NCBI RefSeq assembly: GCF_009914755.1
Contig: NC_060944.1
DNA from: the human T2T-CHM13v2.0 reference genome, Homo sapiens
Length of the DNA stretch: 64,000 bases
Strand: one strand, 5' to 3'
Below are positions 17,626-31,705 of the stretch, piece after piece. The notes under the pieces are model-generated. The model was not told the origin of the DNA. It worked only from the letters and a program-made list of their open reading frames with translations, and ran no database searches. Both the position numbers and the translations under genes were made by a program. The first letter of the stretch is position 1. Each line of letters starts with the position of its first letter.

Positions 17626-18109
17626 TGAGGTAGGCGATCAGCAGGACTTGTTTTCTGAGCACTGGTCAGGACCCTGTCTATCTAAATGGTAGGTAGCAAA
17701 GAAACTGCCCAAAGCCAGGTAGGACCAGCAATTATAATGCACTTGCATAAGACACTTCTATCAGTACCATGACAGTTTACAAATGCCATGGCAATGACCT
17801 GGAAGTTATCTTATATAATTCTGGGAACTCTCTTCCCTTTTTCCGTAAAGTTTGTGAATAACCCACCCCTTATTTAGCAAATAATTAAGAATGGGTATAA
17901 ATATAGGTAGCCAGCAATCCACAAGTGCTACTCCAGACCAGTCTGTCTATGGGATGGCCCTGCTCTGTCTATGAAGCAGTCACTTGGCTGTACACTGTTG
18001 CTCAAATAAACTTGCTTTCTTTCATTGTCAGCTCACTCTTGAATTCCTTCCTGGGTGAAGCCAAGGATCCTCCTGAGCTGAGCCCCAATTTCGGGATTTG
18101 CCTGTATCA
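17626..18109 (+). mobile_element. 5' LTR (MER66-like)
   Basis: TGAGGTAGG...CAGCAGGACTTGTTTTCTGAGC start, TATAAA near 17896, AATAAA near 18005, ends TCA. Confidence 0.88.
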
Positions 18110-18112
18110 GCC

Positions 18113-18130
18113 TGGTGACCCAGATGGGAC
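18113..18130 (+). other. Primer binding site, tRNA-Arg(CCG)-type
   Basis: TGGTGACCCAGATGGGAC, complementary (one C>T) to the recalled tRNA-Arg 3' end GTCCCATCTGGGTCGCCA; 3 bp after the LTR. Confidence 0.85.
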
Positions 18131-18740
18131 AAACAATGGGAACAAGATGAATGGGACAAAGTGACTCAGTACAGATCGGAGTTGTGGAGCTGTAACACTA
18201 TGAAGCTGTAACTCTAGGGCAGTTTGCGCTGTAGAGCTGCGCCTAAAGGACTCTTTTCAGAGCCATCATCTTTCCTGGCAACTCACAAGACAAGGGAACC
18301 TGAGGGAAACCTTCACCCAAACCCCAAATAAAGACAGATTAGCACCATTTGACTTCCACACACAAAGGTCAGTCTTCCCTTTGTTCCCCCTCAATATTGA
18401 CCTTTTTGGGTGAGCCAGGAAATGGGAACTGAGTCTCTGGCTTGGTAGCTCATTGTCCCCCATCATCTGAGTGTCCCGAATGGCAGCAGGCCTGGCATGT
18501 CCTTGTCACCCTTTCTCCTGGACCTTCCTTTTTCTCTTTAGTGGCTAATGACCGCCATTTTACTTTTACACTTATTTTGTTGTTGCATTTGTGGTCTTTC
18601 CTTTAGATATTTGGGCAATTGTTTCTGTTCAATGTAAGGCAAGACACTTTCCGTGTTTGTTTTTAACCCCTTCTTTTCTAATTTTGAGAGGTCCCCTGTT
18701 GTCCTGACTCTGGGATGCCTGACTCTGGTGTTGAAGCCCT

Positions 18741-18813
18741 AGACTCAAGCGATCTGCGCGTCCTGGCCTTTCAAAGTGCTAGGATTACAGGTGTGAGCCA
18801 CTGTGCTCAGCCA
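18741..18813 (-). mobile_element. Tail-less Alu 5' remnant in the gag region
   Basis: CTCAAGCGATCTG...CAAAGTGCTAGGATTACAGGTGTGAGCCACTGTGCTCAGCC. Confidence 0.85.
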
Positions 18814-19726
18814 TGTGCCTTTTTCTTTGTCTGATTTGACTTTACGCAAGGAGAAATTTGGTTGGTTTTCAGAGGATCCAGGAAAGTTTACGGAGAAATT
18901 TGTTCAGTTGATCGTGTTCTTTGACTTAACATGGCATGACTTGCAAATATTATTGTCTACCTGCTGTACTGCAGAGGAGAAACAAAGGATTCTGGGTACT
19001 GCTCATGAATATGCAAATGGAGTGGCAACTGGTAACTAAGGTCATGCCATTTATCATGTGAGGGGAGATGCAGCTCTAGATCTGGTCCCTCAGTGGGATT
19101 ACCAGAGGGGTTCCCAAGATCTTGAACACAGAAATCACATGGTAACTTGTTTAACAGTAGGTATGGAAAAGTGTGTGGTTAAGCTAGTTAATTACAACAA
19201 GGTTAGAGAAGTAACTACGAGGAAGGACAAAAATCTCACTCTATTTCAGGACAGTTTGGTTGAGGCAAGCAGGAAATATGCTAAGTGTAGACCCAAACTC
19301 CCTGGAAGGGTGAGCTCTCCTAGGTATGCATTTAATTACTTAATATGCCCCTGGCATTATGAGGAAGTTACAAAAGGCAGAAATGGGACCTCAAACTCCC
19401 ATGAGTCAACTCTTGTACATGGCCATTGGGTTTACAACAACAGGGACAGAGCAGAGGAAGCAGAGAAAACCAAAATAAAAAGCCAAAAAGCCCAGTTGTT
19501 AGTGGCTGCCTTAAGCCACCTGCTGCCTCGAGGTTATTCATCCCAGGGAAGTGTTGCAAGATCGGTGTCTGGGCTGCCCAGACGATAGCCCCCAACTTGC
19601 TGGCCCCTGAGCCAGAATCAGTGTGCCTACCATAAGCAAGAGGGCCATTGGAAAAGGGACTGCCTCAGGCTCCAAGGGGAATCTGGGCCACTCAAACCCA
19701 TAATGGCCAAGACAACAGAGAACTGA
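18814..19726 (+). pseudogene. gag: ERV gag (capsid p30 and nucleocapsid), decayed
   Basis: HVPFSLSDL, FSEDPGKF, FDLTWHDLQILL, VNYNKVREV; degenerate zinc knuckle CAYHKQEGHWKRDC at 19622-19663. Confidence 0.9.
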
Positions 19727-20110
19727 CGGGACCTGAGGTTCCCCATGGCTCCCACTGGACACCTTACCATCTCCACAGAGGAGCCGTGGGTAACTCTTGA
19801 TGTGGCAGGTAAGAATACTGAGTTCTTATTGGATATGGGAGCAGCCTTCTCAGTTCTGACCCATTTCTCAGGGCCACTGTCTTCCTACTCTTGTACCATA
19901 CTGGTGGTACAAGAGTACCACCTTATACAAGGTACATGATTGATAGCCAGCCAAAAATTAGGAGATTCACCCATCCCCTTGGTTGCACTGTAGGCGATCA
20001 TATGTTTTCCCACATGTTCTAGCTTATGTCTCAGTGCAGTATTCCTTTACTGGGAAGAGACTTACTTTTCCAATTACAGGCCACAGTTCAATTTGGAGAG
20101 CCCCACAAAA
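19727..20110 (+). pseudogene. pro: ERV protease, decayed
   Basis: EPWVTLDVAGKNTEFLLDMGAAFSVL (DTG motif mutated) and IPLLGRDLL. Confidence 0.88.
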
Positions 20111-21361
20111 AGGCAATAGGCCGGGAAGGGGCACTACTTCTAGCTCTAAGTGCTTGACTTACTACAGGTAAAGAAAAGACCTTCCTTCCACCGCATATTA
20201 CTTCTCAAGTAGACTCTTCTGTCTGGGACAAAGAAGTTCCTGATAGAGCTGTTAATGTTTTACCCATGGGAAAAACAATATCCTTTGAGACCTGAAGCAA
20301 AAGCAGGGATACAGCCCCAGATAGAAAAGTTTCTAAAGTAAGGATTATTACAACCCTGTCAGTCCCCATATAATACTACCATCCTGCCTGTAAAGAAACC
20401 AGGTGAGAAATACAGATTTCTTCGGGATCTGAAGGGAGTTAATGAGGCATTAGTTCCAGTCTACCCAATAGTTCCTAACCCTTATACAATATTGACCTAA
20501 GTCTCTGAACATGCTAATTGATTCACGGTATGAGACTTAAAGGATGCTTTCCTTTTTATACCTTTGCGCCCAGACTCCTAGTATATTTTAACTTTTGAAT
20601 GGACTGATCCAGATGCTCATGCTACATCTCTGTTTACCTGGAATGCCTTTTCCCAAAGTTTTAGGGTCAGTCCTCATCTCTTTGGGGATGTATTGGCAAA
20701 ATAATTAAGGGAACTACAGTTAATGAATTGATCCCTCCTAAAATATGTGGATGACCTATAAATTTCCAGCCCTACTAGGGACGACTCTGATAAAAATATA
20801 ATTCAGGTCCTTACTTTCTTGGGAAAATAAGGGTATCGGGTATTCTCCCACAAGGCCCAGACTTCTGTGCAAAAGGTTAAATACCTGGGATACATGCTTA
20901 TTCCTGGAACAAGGACAATAGCCAGGAATGAAAAGAGACCACTCTGGCACTGCAGCGCCATCAGACTAAGAAACAGTTAAGAACCTTTTTGGGAATGGGT
21001 GGATTCTACCATATCTGGATTCCCTGGTTTGGGGTCATAGCAAAACCACTCTATGAAGCTCTAAAAGGGAATGATCACGAGCCTTTGAACTGGGATGGAA
21101 CCTGCCAACAGGCATTCCTAACCTTAAAAGAAAATCTGGGAATGGCCCATGCTTTGTGACTCCCAAACTTAGAAAAACCTTTCACTCTCTATGTGGCTGA
21201 AAAACAAGGGACAGCTTTGGGTGTTCTAACTCAAAGGCTAGGGAATAATCCTAGACCAGGGCTTATTTTTCTAAAAAGCTAGATCAGGTGGTGGCCAGAT
21301 GGCCAGGATGCTTGTGAGCTGTGGCCACCACCATTCTATTGGTAGAAGAAGCCAGGAAGTT

Positions 21362-21699
<338 letters not shown>

Positions 21700-21963
21700 T
21701 CATTACTTTCCCTCCTCAATCAAGTACACTAGGTCCTAGAGCAAAAGGACATTAATGGCTAACAGGGAGTCAGTTGCTCAAATATTAGATCCCTCTGTTC
21801 CACACCCAAGAGTTTACCCTTAAAGTATGTCAGGTTTTAAATCCTGCTACTCTGTTGCTGGACTCAATGTCCCGAGAACGGAGGAAACCATGGAACAGAC
21901 CTACTCTAGCAGGCTTGACCTTAAAGATAAGTCCTTTCCTAACCCTGATGTTAAATGGTTTAC

Positions 21964-22123
21964 ACACACACATACACACACACACACACACACACATATA
22001 TATGCACACACACATACTTTTTTTTTGAGATGGATTCTCACTGCGTAGCCCAAGTTGGAGTGCAATGGCATGATCTCGGCTCACTGCAACCTCCACTCCA
22101 GGGCTCAAGCAATTTTTGTGCCT
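21964..22123 (-). mobile_element. 5'-truncated Alu with (CA)n-expanded tail at the inversion breakpoint
   Basis: (CA)n, poly(T), then right-arm Alu sequence ending GCAATTTTTGTGCCT. Confidence 0.85.
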
Positions 22124-23354
22124 TGAATCAGTAAATATATTGACTCAAGTCTTTTCCCAATCAGAGAGCCCTAATTAGAGTGATTAATTCCACTTTTTTA
22201 GCAGAAGTGTGAGGAGGTAAAGCTTTGGCCTCAATAACTTCTTGTTGGCCTGCCTTCTTTACTCTCTCATGAATAAAGCTACTCCCATCAGTAAACCATT
22301 TAACATCGGGGTTAGGCAGGGACTTACCTATTCTGGAATAGCAGGGGCTATTCCGGACTATAAAAAGGGCCACCAGGGCCTGTGAACTCTGTGCCTGTAA
22401 CAACTCAGGAAGCCACCCTATACCCCCACCCCTACTCAAGCCTGCAATGGGGAAGACTGGCAAATAGGTTTCACCCAGATGCCACCGTATACAGAGGACT
22501 GAAGTATTTGCTAGTACTTATAACAATTTCATCAGGCGGATAGAAGCTTTCCCCACAAGGACAGAAAAAGCACTGGAAGTGTCCACATTGTTATTTTAAA
22601 AAAATCATCCCAAGTTTTGAATTACCAACATATTTGCAAAGTGATAAGAGACCTTCCTTCACAGCTAAGGTGACCCAGCAGGTTTCCTCAGCCTTAGGCA
22701 TTATCTATCATCTTCACTCCTCCTAGAGGCCTCAATCCTTAGGTAAGGTAGAAAAAGACAATCATGTTTTAAATAGGACATTAGCAAAACTGTCAGGAGA
22801 CCTCAGAGACCTGGGTATCTCTCCTTTCCATGGCCCTTTTTTGCATAAGGATGGCTCTGAAGGGAACCTTAAAACTTAGCCCATTTGAAATGGCCTATGG
22901 GGGGCCCTTTTTTAACTTCAGGCTTCCTGTTTGATGAGGAGACACACAGAATGCTTACTCATATTAACTTAGACCAGGTTCAAAAGGCCCTTCAAGAATA
23001 TGGAAATAAGGTATTTCCCTTTTTCACAAACGAAAAAAAATAGCTCCCCTGTTCAACCAGGAGACAGAGTCCTATTAAAAACTTGGGAAGAAGGATCCCA
23101 CGAGGATCAATTATAACCAAAATGGAAGGTACCCTACCAGGCATTGTTAAGCATCCCCACTGCTGTTAAACTTCAGGGAGTCACTAGATGGGTACACTTG
23201 TCCAGAATTAAACCTGTTTCTCATAAGTCCCCACAGGCACAAGAGGAGGACACTATGCCCACAAAATCAGTAGGAGGCAGTGACAGAGGATGGACCTCCA
23301 TCCTTCTACAACACTTTACGATTAAAGAGGAGTATATAATCTCTGAAAGGGTAA

Positions 23355-23819
23355 TGAGGTAGCAGATCAGCAGGGCTTGTTTTCTGAGCACTGGTCATAA
23401 CCCTGCTGATCAGGACAGGATGTAGCAAATAAACCAGCCCAAACCAGCTAGGACTAGGAGTTTTACTACATTCGCACAAAGACACTCCCACAAGTGCATG
23501 ACACTTTACAAATTCCATGGCAACATCTTGAAGTTACTTTATATGGTTCCAGGAGCTCCCTGCCCCTTTTCTAGAAAGTTTGTGAATAACCTGTTCCTTA
23601 TTAAGCATATAACTAAGAGTGAATATAAAGATAGCTAGTCCATGAGTGCCACTCTGCCTATGGGATAGCTCTGCTCTGTCTACGGAGCAGCCATTTTCCT
23701 GTACATGTTGCTCAAATAAACTTGCTTTCTTTTACTGTTGGCTCACTCTTGAATTCTTTCCTGGTTGAAGCCAAGAACCCTCCCAAGCTGAGCCCCAGTT
23801 TTTGGGTTTGCCTGCATCA
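23355..23819 (+). mobile_element. 3' LTR (MER66-like), preceded by PPT GAAAGGGTAA
   Basis: Colinear with 17626-18109; about 20% mismatch by eye over the first 100 bp. Confidence 0.88.
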
Positions 23820-24479
23820 GTTCTACATTTCATTCTCATGCCATTCTAGTACAAACATGAAGTGTAGGGGTGAGGTGGGAGGCAATAAAGATAGTCCTTC
23901 CAAAGCCTTGTATTTCCACCAGGACTCTTGGCAGCGAATCCCTTTCCTCTATTGGTTAGCCTCCTTCCCCACAGTGCTGCAACCAGCTGGTTGTATTTAG
24001 GGCTTAGTTGAAGTCTGAAACCTTGATTTTAGTGGCACCAACCTGTGAGCTTAGGAGATGTATTCCTCCCCTCCAGTTGCACCTAGTAGACCCAAAATTA
24101 GACAACTGTATTAATTCAGGATTTGAGGTTGTTACAGAAGGAAATAAGGCAGGAGAGGATTCTTAGGATCTAAGTTGGCTAGGAGAAGAAATGAAACTAG
24201 GAGAAGACTAATAGAATGCAGAAGGGTCCCAGGACTTAAGTTTCTGAGGGACAGTCATGGGTGAGCACAAGGAGTGTGAACAGGTAGTGAAAAATGTCCT
24301 CAAAGATGAGGCAATCAAATGACTTGATTAATGGTTTATTCCCTAAGGCTCTAAAGCACATGGAATGGATCATTTTGGCTGCTGCAGAAACCATGGGTAA
24401 GAGAACATGGTGAGGTCCTATAGAGCCTACCAACCCAAGTCAAGGAGAGCCACAAGTTTCAGTGTATGCAAATATGAGG

Positions 24480-25510
24480 TCAGCGCCGGTTTGGGGAATA
24501 GGAAAGACGCAGGGGCTGTGTCGACTTTTGGAGGCCAGTCCAGAAGTCGAGTCCAGGCGATGGTAGGAGCTACTCCCCAGACCTGAGCACCTCTCCTAAC
24601 AGCAGCTCAGGCAAAGGCCACGTCTCGGAACAGTTGGCTGCACAGGTCACGTGACGCGCCCCTAGCCCGGCTCTATTTGGCTGCAAGAGCGCTCTGTCGC
24701 CTGCCTCGGACTCTGTTTCCCAGAAGTCTTCCTGGAAACTACATTTCGCAGGGGGCTTTGCGGCGCCTACTTCCTCCTGGCTGATTAGATGGGACTGGTG
24801 CCGTTGGCCGGACGTTTTTGGGAGCTTCACAGGCTGATGGGGAAGGGCGAAACCTGCTCGATTAAAACAACCCGCATTTCGAGGCGAGGAAGCGAGTCAC
24901 GGCTCGGCCCCTCCCTTTGTGAGGAGAACCAGGCCCGCCTCGGGGTCCCCTGGGCAATGTAGTAACGTGAAGGTCTCCGAGTCCCGCTAGCACTCCCGGG
25001 GCCTGGGGGTCCCAAGTGGGACTGGAACCACCGCGAAAGAGGCGGGGCTGCGCGGATCTTCCACACCAGCTCCTCCCTTCCGTCAGGGGGTGCTGCGCAT
25101 GAACGTTTTCCCATCTCTACCTCTTGGTTATCCCTCAGCAGAGATTCTTCTTTTACTCTGTACAGTTTTCAGCATCCCTCAAGCTGATATTTCAATTAAA
25201 CAAATTTTAGAATTCTGAGAAATGGCGAAATAATGTAAAAGAAACAAATGATATTGGCCCTAAATTATCCTCCAGCCCCTGCTGCTCATCGGACACTTTA
25301 TGAGGTTACAAAGGACCATGGCGCTGCGCATATGGGGGATCCATTTTACCCACCGTACTTAGATCAGGCTGTGACTTCCGCCCTCGAGGAGCGGCTGCTG
25401 CTCTACCGGGTGTGCTCATTTAGCCCTAGCGTTGTTTGTGCGTTTGAGGACATTCGCTGAGCCAAGCTGCAAGGGTGTCGTTATCATTTTACGAGGGGAA
25501 TACGGAGAGC
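24480..25510. promoter_or_regulatory. CpG-rich promoter-like island
   Basis: High CpG density against a depleted background; GTCACGTGAC (24646-24655), ZNF143-like ACTACATTTCGCAG (24738), ETS ACTTCC (24769, 25374), GC box (25041). Confidence 0.75.
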
Positions 25511-25608
25511 ATGGTGGATAAAAGGTGGTTGACCTGCCCAGGCTATACAGCTAGAAGTGCCGTTAGAACTTGGTACAGGTGGAACTGATTCTGATACTTG
25601 TCTCAAAC

Positions 25609-26298
25609 TGTTACCAGTGGAGGGTGTTCAGGTTCTTGGTGTCTTGAACAAATAATTGGACAAAACGGCACAAACAAAGCAAGGGAATAATGAAGTAACA
25701 AAAGCAGAGATTTATTGAAAACGAAAGTACATTTCACAGGGTGGGAGCAGGCTGAGCATGGGGGCTCACGAGCGCTGTTATAGAATTTTCTGGGGGTTAA
25801 ATACCCTCTAGAGGTTTCCATTGGTTAGTTGGTGTATGCCTTATGTAAATGAATAGGTTAAAAGTTACAAAGGCATTGTATGCCCTATGTAAATAAAGAG
25901 GATATTTCGGCGGGGAGTTGTGGCTTACACCTGTAATCCCAGCACTTTGGGAGGCCAAGGCGGGCGGATCACCTGAGGTCAGGAATTCGAGACCAGCCTG
26001 GTCAGCATGGTGAAACCCCATCTCTACTAAAAATAAAAATAAAAATAAATTAGCTGGGCGTGGTGGCATGCGCCTGTAATCCCCTGGTGGCTGAGGCAGG
26101 AGAATCACTTGAACCGGGCAGAGGTCACAGTGAGCCGAGATCGCGCCGTTGCACTCCAGCCTGGGCGACAGAACAAGACTCAAATAAATAATAAATAAAT
26201 AAATAAAAAGGATGTGTCTTATCATAGCTGAAGTGTTTCATTTGATTTAATTCTAGCAAGTCCTTAAGTTCCCTGCCTCCAGGCCATATTCTGCCTCA
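25609..26298 (-). mobile_element. MER51-like solo LTR (ERV1), split by an Alu
   Basis: Reverse start TGAGGCAGAATATGGCCTGGAGGCAGGGAAC; flanks AAAC/AGAC. Confidence 0.82.
25908..26208 (+). mobile_element. AluSx-like
   Basis: Full dimer, (TAAA)n tail. Confidence 0.92.
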
Positions 26299-26399
26299 AG
26301 ACCTATCCTGTTTACTTCGTGTAGCATTAGTTTCTTTTTCCCAGGTTTGCTGCTACTTACTTGGTTAAGCCATGATCATCTCGGCTGTACTCACAGTCT

Positions 26400-26865
26400 C
26401 ATAAATCCGGTGTTTATTGAGTGTTAGCACCGTGCCAGGCAGTGTGTTGAGTGCTGGGACATGGTGTTGAACAGGGGCAGACACAACCTTACCTTCATGG
26501 TGTTTACAGCCTAATGGGGAAGACAGTTACTGATCACATAATACAAATAAGAATAAAATGTCAAATTGCGATAAATAGAACACCCCCACCCCCAGGATGC
26601 TACAAGAGAGAATAATGGAGGAAAATTGATACATTAGATTGATTAGGGAAAGAAAGAAATGTTTGGTCTGAAATGCTTGAAGAAGGCTGAGAAGAAGGAA
26701 GCTGTGTAACAGCCAAGAGAAGAGTAGTCCAGGCAGAGGGATCAGCAAGTGCAAAGGCTCTGAGCGGGGAAGAGCTTGGTGTTTTGCAATTCAAGGAACT
26801 CAGAGAAGTCCCTTGTGATTGGAACACAGTGAAGTAGGGGAGAGTGGAACAAATTGAGACTGGCT
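26400..26865 (-). mobile_element. L2 fragment
   Basis: TTTATTGAGTG...GTGCCAGGCAGTGTG...GCAAGTGCAAAGGCTCTGAG. Confidence 0.75.
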
Positions 26866-26889
26866 TTCCTTTTACCAGTCTTGCCTCTT

Positions 26890-27189
<300 letters not shown>

Positions 27190-27630
27190 TAGTCTTGCCT
27201 CTTCTAAACCATATCCACACTGGCAGTATAGGAATATTTTCAGTACTCAAATATGATGACTTGACTTTCCTTTAGAGGCTTTGTGTCCCCTACAAGTTTT
27301 AGCTCAAACTCCTCAGCACAGTGCTCAGAGACCTTCGTAATTGGATTTACCTCACTTTCCAGTCTTCCTTTTTTGCAAGTTCTGTTATCTCTGCTTGGCA
27401 TGCCCTCTCCTATGTGCTTGCTGATCAGGCAAACTTCTATTCACACTTTGTCTTGGCTGAAATATCATCACCTCTGTGCTCTCCTTGTGCACTCTCAATT
27501 CACTTCTTGTCCCCCTGCTGTGTAACTACTGGTTTGCCTACCAGTCTTTCCCAAGAGACAGTGAGCTCCTCCTCTTGGGGATGTGTTTTCTATCTTTGTA
27601 TGATGCAGAACACAAGGCCTGGCAGTTGCT

Positions 27631-27925
27631 CTTTTCTTTCTTTCTTTTCTTTTTTTTTTTTTTTGAGACGGATTCTTGCTCTGTCGCCCAGGCTGGAGTC
27701 CAGTGCAATGTCGGCTCACTGCAACCTCCGCCTCCCGGGTTCAAGTGATTCTCCTGCCTCAGCCTCCCAAGTAGCTGGATTACAGGCATGCGCTACCACG
27801 CCCAGCTAATTTTTTGTATTTAGTAGAGATGGGGTTTCACCATGTTGGTCAGGCTGGTCTCAAACTCCTGAACTCAGGTGACCCAAAGTGCTGGGATTAC
27901 AGATGTGAGCCACCACACCTGGCCA
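27631..27925 (-). mobile_element. AluS
   Basis: Reverse Alu with a small left-arm deletion. Confidence 0.9.
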
Positions 27926-29738
27926 TTGCTGTTTTCATAACAAATATTCATTAAGAGAATGAGTGGAACAGCTAGCCATGACTAGCCTCCACTTGTCACC
28001 TGATGAGAAGGTGACATGTGGTTCTTATCCTTGGCAGAGTGGAAATTAGCATCCAAAAGGACGCAAGAAGAGATGAGTAAAAAATCTACACTTACCCATG
28101 AGCCAGATACTGTCTCATCCACTGTCTCATTTAATCTTTGTGACAATCATAGTTCTCAGTTTTTGCTGCTAAGAAAACTGGTGCCCAAAGGCTCTGCCTA
28201 AAGATTACCCAACTAGTAATGGAGAACCTCGGTAGGAAATTGGGTCTTTCTGATCTCAAAGGTTGAGCCCCTCAATATTCCTTCTGTTCTTTTTGCCCCA
28301 TCTGGCACCCGTTACTAGCACAGAAGCCCGGAAAGTTTAAGAAACAACTTCTGTCTCTGGTGTGTCATTTGTACCTCTGAGGACATCAACTTGGAACAGC
28401 CATTGTACCAGAGTTCTGTCTTTTCCAGGAATCAGTGACTCATATCAGTCTCTGCTGATATCAGCTGCTGAAGGGCTTAGGAGAACTGGTAGGACTCAGA
28501 GGAGCAGAAAATCCAGGAAAGGGCACTCTTGGCCAGTGCTGTTTAATAGAACTCTTTCAGATGAGTAAAATGTTCCATATTTGTGCTTTCCAGTATGGGA
28601 ATGTCTCAAGTTCCTTTTTAGACAGTATCTCCAGCCCCCTCATTGGTTCCTGACTTCAGGCTGTTTCCAAGACATTCAACTTGAGACTACAGATCCCTGG
28701 GCTAGGTCTTCAAGGGCCCTCCAGATCCAAGCTATGCCTCAGTTTTAGCTGAAGTTGTGTCCAAGAACACAGGTCAGGGTACAGGGAGATGGGATACGTA
28801 TAGCTCCAGACATGGCCAGTGCATTGTTGATATTGCCACCCCAGCAAACTGCCTAGAACTTGGCCCAGAGCAGATGCTAGGTTAACATGGTAGATGAGTG
28901 AATTTACTTTCTCTTCCCCAGATTGGGGCTCCCTCACCTACTGCCATTGGCTTCTGGAATCCTTCTCTATCATTGTGAACTGATGACTTGCCACATGGTG
29001 AAGATTAACGAAGCCAGTGCTTTGAACCACCACCCTGACATTTTGGGGGTAGGTCAGGGGGGTAGCTACAAAACCAGCTAGTAATAATTCATTGAAAATA
29101 TGCTGGATCCAGCATTTTTATGTAATGACCTCATTTTTCTTGTGAAACCCTGTGTGCAAAATGAAAGCCCAAATGAGCATCTGCTATATACAGTTAGGAG
29201 TAGGGTGGTGCTGGGGAAAGAGGACTGATCTAGGAGTTACCCTGGACCTGGGGCTCATAGGCTGTATGACCTTGAACAAGATGCTCAATGCTTCTGTGCC
29301 CCAGTTTTCTCTCAAGTAAAATAAAAACATTGGACTCTAAGCTTCTTTCTACAGTTAATGTGAATGTTTAAAAAATGGCTGGTCACATCTGTGATCAACC
29401 TACATTAAGCACCTTTCAAGTGATTACTTGCTTCAATTAGGTCCATTTTCATTGTTTACTTTTACTAACAGTTTTTTTTCTTAACCCTTCCACTTCCAGT
29501 GCCTTCCTCATTCTTCACTATTTTTTGATTGTTTCTTCAGATTCTGATAAATCATCTTCATTTCCAGCCATTGAATCACCTGCTCCTTGGCCCTGCCTAG
29601 AGGCTCTTTAATCCTCAGCAGTTTCAATTTCCTGACAAAGCACACAGAGGGGGCCCGGTCTCCCTCCTCTTCCCTTGCCCACTACTCACCACTCTCCCAT
29701 CTAAAACACATCTGAAAAATCAGGGAGGTTTCTATTCT

Positions 29739-29769
29739 GGCAGTTGTCTCTCTCACCACTAGATGGCAC
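29739..29769 (+). promoter_or_regulatory. CTCF binding motif
   Basis: Core CCACTAGATGGCAC (29756-29769) fits CCASYAGRKGGCRS; upstream GGCAGT module. Confidence 0.7.
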
Positions 29770-30259
29770 ATGCAGGTCATCAGTCTTTTGGGCAAAAACT
29801 AATTTTATTGTGTATTTAAACTCCATCTCAATCCACAAAAGCTTTGAGGGGAATTACAAAAGTACAAAATATACAAAAGGATAAGACAAAAAGTTGAGGT
29901 AGCTGGAGAAAATAGAAAACAAGTGGAAGAAATAACTCCAGGATGACATTAGCTCAAAAAGATCAACACCAGCAAAGGCTTACACATTTGGCTCCGAGCT
30001 TCCAAATGGCCAAAGTAAAGAGGGAAATGTGAGTGGTAATAAAATTCTAGATTTTATGTGAGAAAAACAAATATTTGGGAGAAGCTCAACTTTTCCTGAC
30101 CCTGAGACCAAAGAGATATTTTTCCCGTGGGTCAGCTGACTGAACAGTGATGCAATACAGCGGTGACTTAATTGGAGCTGTTTCTTATAATGTCCTTTTA
30201 TGCAGGCCTATGGCATGACGCTCAAGTATAATTGAGGAAAAGCAGTTCTACTGGGCTTA

Positions 30260-31263
<1,004 letters not shown>

Positions 31264-31705
31264 AAGGCCAATAGAAATCCAAGGTTGCATCAAGGATAAT
31301 TTTACATGGGTAAGTCTACTTGGTTTCAGAGACCAAGAGAATATTTCAGAAGCAACTCAAGTGGGCATTATTTTTAACTTTTAGTTTAATTTAATTTAAT
31401 TTTTTAAAAGACAAGTCAAATTTCACAGTGGGGCGTTGCATAGCAATCTTAGTGACACTAATGTTAATAAATTTGGATGACGTACTACCCTTGGACCAGC
31501 CCATGGGGGCTTCAAGTCTGATAGATATGGGCTCATATTCAGTCTGTGAATGTAGAAAGACAGAGGTAGAGGGATCCATGTAAAATGTCTGCAAAGGAGA
31601 TTTCTCTGAAGAAGGACTGTGGGGGCAAGGACTTCAACTTCCTTATTCATGGTGACATCATCGGTGCCTAGCACAGAACCTGGCACGTGGTAGGCTTTCT
31701 ACAAA

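Noticed and set aside
19058-19588. 176-aa ORF as an intact or domesticated Gag
   Set aside because: Capsid similarity shifts frame midway, upstream stop at 19039, zinc knuckle mutated; neutral decay
25248-25460. 70-aa ATG ORF downstream of the CpG promoter
   Set aside because: No recognisable homology or splice support; length expected by chance
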